This document shows positions 53,124 through 64,000 of a stretch of 64,000 bases of DNA, in pieces. The translations under genes were made by a program, and so were the position numbers. Position 1 is the stretch's first letter; the number at the start of each line of letters is the position of its first letter. Source of the stretch: Nemertoderma westbladi (Eukaryota > Animalia > Xenacoelomorpha); the NCBI GenBank assembly GCA_032718475.1, contig JAUCBJ010005734.1, positions 21,918-85,917 on the forward strand, given 5' to 3'. Under the pieces are notes generated by a model, which had not been told where the DNA came from, searched no databases, and saw nothing but the letters and a program-made list of their open reading frames with translations.

Positions 53124-55310
53124 ATGACTGAGTTGATAGAAGATGATCTTGGTATCAGGGAGCGATATACCCTACCATTGCAAGCGTTTGTTGATAGTTT
53201 AATAAGCGGCGATGCTAGTCAACCCACTACGGAGGACGATGGCCGTTATATCGAACCGCCAATGTCAAAGGAACAACTCACGCGTGTATTGGACTATAGA
53301 AAATTCACTGCTCGCTATACGCATCATAATGGTACGTATATGGACTTCTTAACTACTGGTGATCCTATCGATTTACACGATACGGATGAGGTAGACACCC
53401 AAAGGGAAATGGTCCTATTTAAATATTATACCCAGCGGAGTTGGAACGATAAACTGAGAATCGAACACGAGAATTCTATTCGAAACCGACTAGAAAGAGA
53501 AGACGTTGAAGAACCGGATAAACGTAGTGACTTCAATGAATATTTGGAATTCTTGAGAGAAACCTATCTCAATGTAGCCAGTCAACAAAATCTAGAAACT
53601 CGATATCCTCAAGGTATACATACATCATAACCCTATGATGGAACTCAAATGACTCTATTTCACTATGATGTATCTTACCGCCGATCGACCGCTACCTGTT
53701 GTACCGGATAGCTTCGAACAGATGGAAGAATATTGTAAAACTGGAGAAAGACCACCCGCGTTTCCCCTACAAGACGTGCGTCTTTGGTATTATTGCGATG
53801 AATGCCCTAGACCCAACCAACAAACGGAAAGACATAAACATCCGCTGAGATGTTGCGCTAAACACAGTTTTACTCGCTATACCTACGGGAGTTTCGAGTG
53901 AAACTTGTTCGATGTATCACCTACGCTCGCTCGACTCAAACGATCCTTAAATAAACCGATGATCAGAGTTCTGGAATACTCGGTCAGACCTCCTCATTCC
54001 CTGGTGAGACCTCAGACTCTTGATCCTAATAGTATCACGGATCCTCCCGAACTGTACTCACTGTTAAAAGATCTAGTGTTACCAGAACAATTAATCGGTG
54101 GCACTCCGGTAGTGGGCTCTCTAGATATTCGCCCATCCTACCTAGCCGGATTGGGACGCGGACATTTAATATCGCCGTTTAACCCGTATAACCATCCCTG
54201 TTTAACCCCGATACAACCCGTCACCGAGGTGCAGGAGAGCATTGTACGAAACGCGTTAGACGCTATTCGACAAAAGATCGGAAAAGGAACTTACGATTGC
54301 TTGGATAAACGTAAATTGCAGCAGCAAGTCCAAGCGGTAAAAGAATTAGCTTTACCTCAGTTCGATCGAGAAATCCAGAATCTCGAGGAGGACATCGAAC
54401 TTGGACGAACTTACACTCTACAAGAGTTTTTAGACGAACGCTTGCAACGACAAGCGGAGGAAAATCAGCTCGAGGAGAAGCACATCGAAATGGACAAGAG
54501 AGAAGAAGCAGCTTTAGCCCAACCAGAAGCTCAAATCCTTATGACTGATCTCTATTCCAAAACCATCATTCATCCCTTCGCCACGGTACAACCCCAACTG
54601 GATGATATCAACCTAAGATCTAGAGATCTTATCGCTGACGCTCCTATGTTACAACGTCCGCCAATCGAGGCCGCTCGTGTCAACGGTATACTCGTTGAAC
54701 CTCCGGACAATCGAGCGGATCTTGTCCATCATATGGTACACGAGGTCAACCTACGCGCTAGACCTTTACCGAACTCATTTTATGGGATCAAAGACCACCC
54801 TTATTATGTCAATTTAACTCAATATTATATGGTGAAACCAGAAGATCTTACATACAGTTTAAAGTTTCTACCATTGATAAATCACGCAGTGACTTGTTCA
54901 TAAACTCGCATCCAGAGTTACAAGAAGTTCATAGACAACCATATGAATATAAAGCCAGAGAACGCGAGTTGGAAAGAACCATCAAACCGAGGAAATTTCT
55001 CACTACTCATGGTCAACCTACCGCTCTCGTGCAAACGACACGTCAGGGACCAGTAAGAGCTGCTGTCTTGAAATGCGCTCTAAAGGTTGTTCGACCTCGT
55101 TCCACTGAGGTTGATATCGATCAACCGGGTACCTCGACCGGCGGATACACCGACCATAACCCTAAACCTTCCAATGCAATTGTATTGCACCCCTCACCCA
55201 GGAGTTATAGCCCTCCTAGTAAAGTGGCTCGCCCCAAAGAGAAAAGGACTCTTGCTAGCCTCAAAAAAAAAAAAAAACTTTGTAAACGCCGTTCACGTAA
55301 GAAGGACTAA
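53124..55310 (+). pseudogene. E3 accessory ORF3 (~730 aa reconstructed): shared Cys/His domain, coiled-coil-like region, basic tail
   Basis: ORFs 53124, 53665, 53905 and 54894 are linked by two frameshifts and TGA stops at 53650 and 53899. The N-terminal part aligns with E1 ORF3. Confidence 0.75.
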
Positions 55311-55388
55311 TCGTTTAGAATATTTTTATATTTTAGAAACTGTGATTTTTTATATTTTATAGAATTAAATCCCATTTTCTGGGATCGG

Positions 55389-56221
55389 TGTAAAAGCTTT
55401 TGCGGACATAACAAGTCATTTTTCCCCGCAATGCGCAGTGTAGGTGCTTTAGCGGACATAACAAGTCATTTTGCCGCAATGCGCATAATACTCTAAAAGA
55501 TTGGAGCTCAGATGACGATATCTGTCAGCTGATTTCCTGTAGACGTGGAACCTCCTTGTTCTGCTCAGCCAATCAGAGCGATTTTCACTTTATTTCTGAC
55601 AGAGGCCTATGGAAAACCGCGCAATGCATTACGGTCTTTGTTTACCTTTCTGAGCCTCAGAACCGGCTTGGAATTCTTCTGTACTTCTGTTTTGGAAGTT
55701 TCAGACTTTGGCCTAAACATCTGATGGCTTTGATTACAAGAACGTAAAACTATTAACGCATCACACCGCAATTCAACATTGCTGCACATGGAACACTGCA
55801 TAAGTAACACATACTGACTGTTCACCGCATTATTTTGCTTCTGTTATTAATTGTTGTTATATTGATGTATATTGCTGATATATTTGGAGAATACCGATAA
55901 ATAATCATAAAACCCCCAATCTTCTTGATTACTGAAGGTGAGAGGAACAGGTTTACCGGTAGCAACTGCGACTTACATTATAGTGGTTTTTTGTGTGAAT
56001 TAAATGCTATTTCATAATCCCTACATGTGTCAGTTGCGATCCTCCTTATATATGATCAAATTCAGTGACGGTCGGCAGATCAGTGCGAAGTAGTGTGAAG
56101 TAGTGTGAAGTCGTGTGAAGTAGTGTGAAGGTTAATAAAGCATCTCATAAAGAATGCGCTATTTACGAAACTCTGTGGCCATCTAGTTGTGATTAGTATA
56201 AGTCATAACTCTGTTTTTATA
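55389..56221 (+). repeat. E3 3' LTR (833 bp)
   Basis: Preceded by PPT-like GGGATCGG; has two extra 10-bp GTAGTGTGAA-type units relative to the 5' LTR. Confidence 0.92.
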
Positions 56222-59200
56222 ACTTATGACTTATAACACGTCCGAGGACGAAATAATAGTTACGAGTACAAAATATCCGTACAAAATAACAAATAACAGT
56301 TCAATAAATGTGTTGTCTCCCTGAGAAGGTTAACAATTCTAAAAGGGTTTTGTTTGGGGGAGAGTAAAGAAAATGGGGCATGGAATTTTTGGGGGATAAT
56401 ATAAATAACGGTATTTAATACGGGCTCTATTTAAAAAAAACTCAATATTTTAGCGGGAAATAATTACAAGTAATAATACTGCAAGTAATTTAAGCGTTTT
56501 TATTTAATTTATCTATGTAAATAGACTGACCATTGATGATGTTACAGTAGAAAATTCCCTCCCTCAATATTTCGACTGCGGGCAGGTGACAGACTAATCA
56601 GTTTAATTGAATTATTACTCATTGTTGCTCTTTCTTCATTGGCGGAAGACATATTTCACGGCTCGGGTCTCAGCGAAGTCAGGCTAAGCTGATCCTCTCA
56701 TGGGGGTTTTTGTTAAATATGGTGGTACAGGAGAACATTGTAGATACATTGTGACATAGCTGTAGTTAATTTGGCAGAATGGTTGGTCAGCGTTTCTAAG
56801 AGATGGATCTACCGTTTTGTGAAACTCACTCCAAGGCACTCAGGATTTAGGCGATGCCCATTCCCACCATTTTCATTCTCATACCTCTGCCATCGGACTA
56901 TTTAACATACAAACCATTCTAGAACATATTATGTATTTTTTACATTATTATGACAACTTATCAGCGTTCTAGTGATATCTCCACAACGAGCGAGGTACCA
57001 TTTACAGCATTGCGGCCTACAGGACGGAACCCTGTAAAGTATTCATAATTTAATAGCAATAAACTCCTAAACGATCTATCGATCGATCTATCGATGAGAG
57101 CCATATTGTACTGTAAGTGTAACATTATTTACGTTACATTTGTTACAATAACTGCAAGAAATTTCTTAAAAAGGATATCAATTTCACTTATATCACTAGA
57201 GAGTGAACATTTCAATATTAAATATAATAATTTTAAGCGTTGAAAACGCAGACAAGTTTACATAATGTAACAAAATTACGCACCCAATACATCATTCAGC
57301 CATTGTGTGAAAAGGGCACTGTTCTGTTAACAGCGTTTATATTTATGTAAACCTCACTCGCTCCACTCGCTCGTTACATAAATACACTCGGGTCATAACT
57401 CTGAGAATTGCTAGTTTTCACACAATCATGTAAATAGTTTTGTATTTCAAGAATATTAGTTAAATAAATGGTTTGGCGCGTCTTCACCCGCGTCCAATCT
57501 TCGTCTGATCGGGGGAAATGAGCAGATTACAGAAACGGCAGGTTACATATGACTTTTTCTAACCAAAACATTAAACAATGTTGCTAATAATCATTTAGAG
57601 AGCGAAGCTTTCTCCGGCCGAAGTTTGCTGCGTACCAAATAAATGGCCACACAAAACATCAGAGGAAATGCAATAATGCCAATATGCCAGTCAAGTCAGC
57701 CTGCACTTTACGTACATTACTCTTGTATTCTTGTATGCCGCCTTTCCAGCGGCAACAACAAAGCAGCAAAAATATACCAATATTTGTTGATGTACAAAGG
57801 GTGCAATATTGAGGAGACACTTTTTGCAAACGCTTGCAAAGTAAGTAGTGAGAAAGTTAATTTCTCCCACCTACCGAAAAATTCGAGTGCATAATGCCTA
57901 TCTATATTTCAAAGTTTTCCTGATATCATTAAAGATTTGTAAAAAAATATAGCGGAGAGGGAGAGAGTTGCCCAGTTAAGGGGCCGCATTCGTAATTACG
58001 ATTTGTCGCTCAATTAGGATAAAAAATTTAGTGCTATATTTTTCGCAACTGTGGCTAAGTGATAACCTTGAATACAAACCAGAATAACTTCAAAATTATT
58101 TATGATGGCCTAGTCTCTGTATAGTATAGTAGCCTCCATTGCGCTAAATGAAATGGGAAACTTAAAATTTTCTAGAATAATTGTAGGCCAATTTCATAAT
58201 GTTCATGGGGAATCCTTACCTTAGTATAATTATGTAAAAATGCTGTAGCTAATATTCTAGAAAATTAATACAACTTGACGATTTCAAAAATGCTACAAAT
58301 TTCCGTACAATATAACACCATTTTCGTACAATAAACACAATTTGCGTACTATATAACACAATTTGCGTAAAAAATAAATAACACTTTTAGTAAATATTTT
58401 AATAAATAAACAGGGTAATAAATATAGTTATATTCTTCATTGTGTACTATTGTACAGGTACGCCATTTCCCGGAATATAGTTTCGTAATTCAAAGATTCA
58501 TAGTGCAGTGTTTTTCTATAGGTGCTCGATATGTATAGTCTCGGAATGTGACTAGCTGATATTTTTTACGTGAGTAATCGAATCCACCTCGTGGCGAGTC
58601 GTTTGTTTTTCCAAATTTTAACCCTTTTTACAAAGCTGTTATTTTTATTTCCGATTTTATGATGGATTTTACTTCCATGGAATTTTCTTCTTTATTGGCC
58701 TACCCTTTATACTGTATATTTATTTTATTGATATTGTATTGGCTGTAATTCATTTATTGGATTGGAAATCATATAATGAAAGAAGTAAACCAAAGATTTT
58801 ATACATCGTCGATTTGGTGTCAAAAATTTAACACTAAATAATAATTAATATTCTAGAATGAAGACAAAAAACATTAGCATTATATTCATTTCAATTTTAA
58901 TTCATTTTTGACGCCCCTTAGCCGCCAGAGCCAAAATTTATATTTTTGACATAAAAATGCTACCCATTGTGCTCGTGGTGCTTTATTTTCGGAAGTAATA
59001 ACCTGTCGTTTTTTTGGAATCAGCATGGCCGATTTCGGGAAAAAATTCGAGCAGACTTTTTGTCTTGTACTTTTTAAGAAAAATACCGCTATTTTTCAAA
59101 ATAATTTTCACTTTTTCAAAAAAAACACTGTATTTTTTGGAAAAAAGGGTTATAAAATATGAACAATTGCAAAACTAAAAAACCTGCTCGAATTTTATTA

Positions 59201-59795
59201 TTGCGCACTCTAGTAGCTTTCATTACTCGTAGCTAGCTGGCTGGGCACAGGTAATTAGCAAGCCAGGCTGGAGTGTTGATTGGGGTGGGTTGTCTGTTGC
59301 GAACTGTCCAAGACTAATTCTGCTTTCTCAATCAATAATGGCTGTGTGGAAAGAGAGGTTTATAACATTATATTTTTTTTATTATTTTACTGTTCTGAAT
59401 ATTAAAAGTGATAATTTCTGTCTGAAATTTCTCTGTCTGAAATTAAAACCTTCCATTTTAATACGATACAGTTGCTGCAGTGACCTACTGCACTATAGGT
59501 TATGTTTGCGAGGACGCTAACCACTACTCTCCAGTTATGCAGTTTTCCACTAAGGGGAAAATATCACACACAGTTAAAACCTTTTACCATTATTTATTAT
59601 TTGTAATCCATTGGAGGTGTTACTTGGTAGGTATCTACTACAACATAAAGCCTTATGTTTATTATTGTAAGTAACTGCAACTAAAACGGGATCAGTCTGT
59701 TAGTCTTATGTAAAGTTTTGTTAAGTTAATTAATTAATTTATTTATGTTTGATATTGTCCATTGATTGATTGATTGACTGTATAGAAGCTTGTGA

Positions 59796-59833
59796 ACTAG
59801 AAAGCCGTGGCCAAAGGCCACGGTCTTTCTAGT
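59796..59833. mobile_element. Helitron-like terminus (hairpin + CTAG)
   Basis: ACTAGAAAG-CCGTGGCC-AAA-GGCCACGG-T-CTTTCTAGT. Confidence 0.55.
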
Positions 59834-59834
59834 A

Positions 59835-64000
<4,166 letters not shown>

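Larger units (their letters stand above)
40380..56221 (+). mobile_element. BEL/Pao LTR retrotransposon E3, ~15.8 kb, both LTRs present
   Basis: Direct repeats 40380-41192 and 55389-56221 flank gag-pol and an accessory ORF. No TSD was found. Confidence 0.95.

Noticed and set aside
56236-56260. Hammerhead ribozyme (GTCC-GA-GGAC-GAAA)
   Set aside because: The required upstream CUGANGA core is absent.
56700-59250. Further DNA-transposon remnants, e.g. short inverted AAAATTCGAGCAG pair at ~59043/59184
   Set aside because: No matching termini or TSDs could be defined by eye.

Overview
Repeat-rich animal genomic DNA with spliced genes and no prokaryotic features. Most of the window is three same-strand, decayed BEL/Pao LTR retrotransposons. 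E1 (1-~12.5 kb) is cut by the window edge. E2 (~12.5-26.6 kb) has no visible 5' LTR and was probably interrupted by E1. E3 (40380-56221) has two near-identical LTRs. Each element carries a 3-5 kb cargo between integrase and the 3' LTR. In E1 the cargo reconstructs to one ~1240-aa accessory ORF: an unrecognised Cys/His domain, a DEDDy-like 3'-5' exonuclease, three CCHC knuckles and a basic tail. In E3 it reconstructs to a ~730-aa ORF sharing that N-terminal Cys/His domain but lacking the exonuclease. E1 also carries six dispersed copies of a 20-bp quasi-palindrome (GGAAGACTCGCGAGCCTTTC), three inside coding sequence. Internal PPT-like copies and a conserved CCCAGATCTGTATG motif precede the cargo. 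Between the elements lie a spliced secreted PAN/apple-domain gene, a MULE-type element with a 9-bp TSD, a tRNA-derived SINE, a degenerate hammerhead, a probable CACTA end with a spliced pseudogene, an RTE fragment with a nested MITE, and a 34-bp satellite; a 15-bp array lies within E2's cargo. The window ends in a Helitron-like hairpin followed by more than 4 kb of (TATC)n. All calls were made by eye, without database searches.
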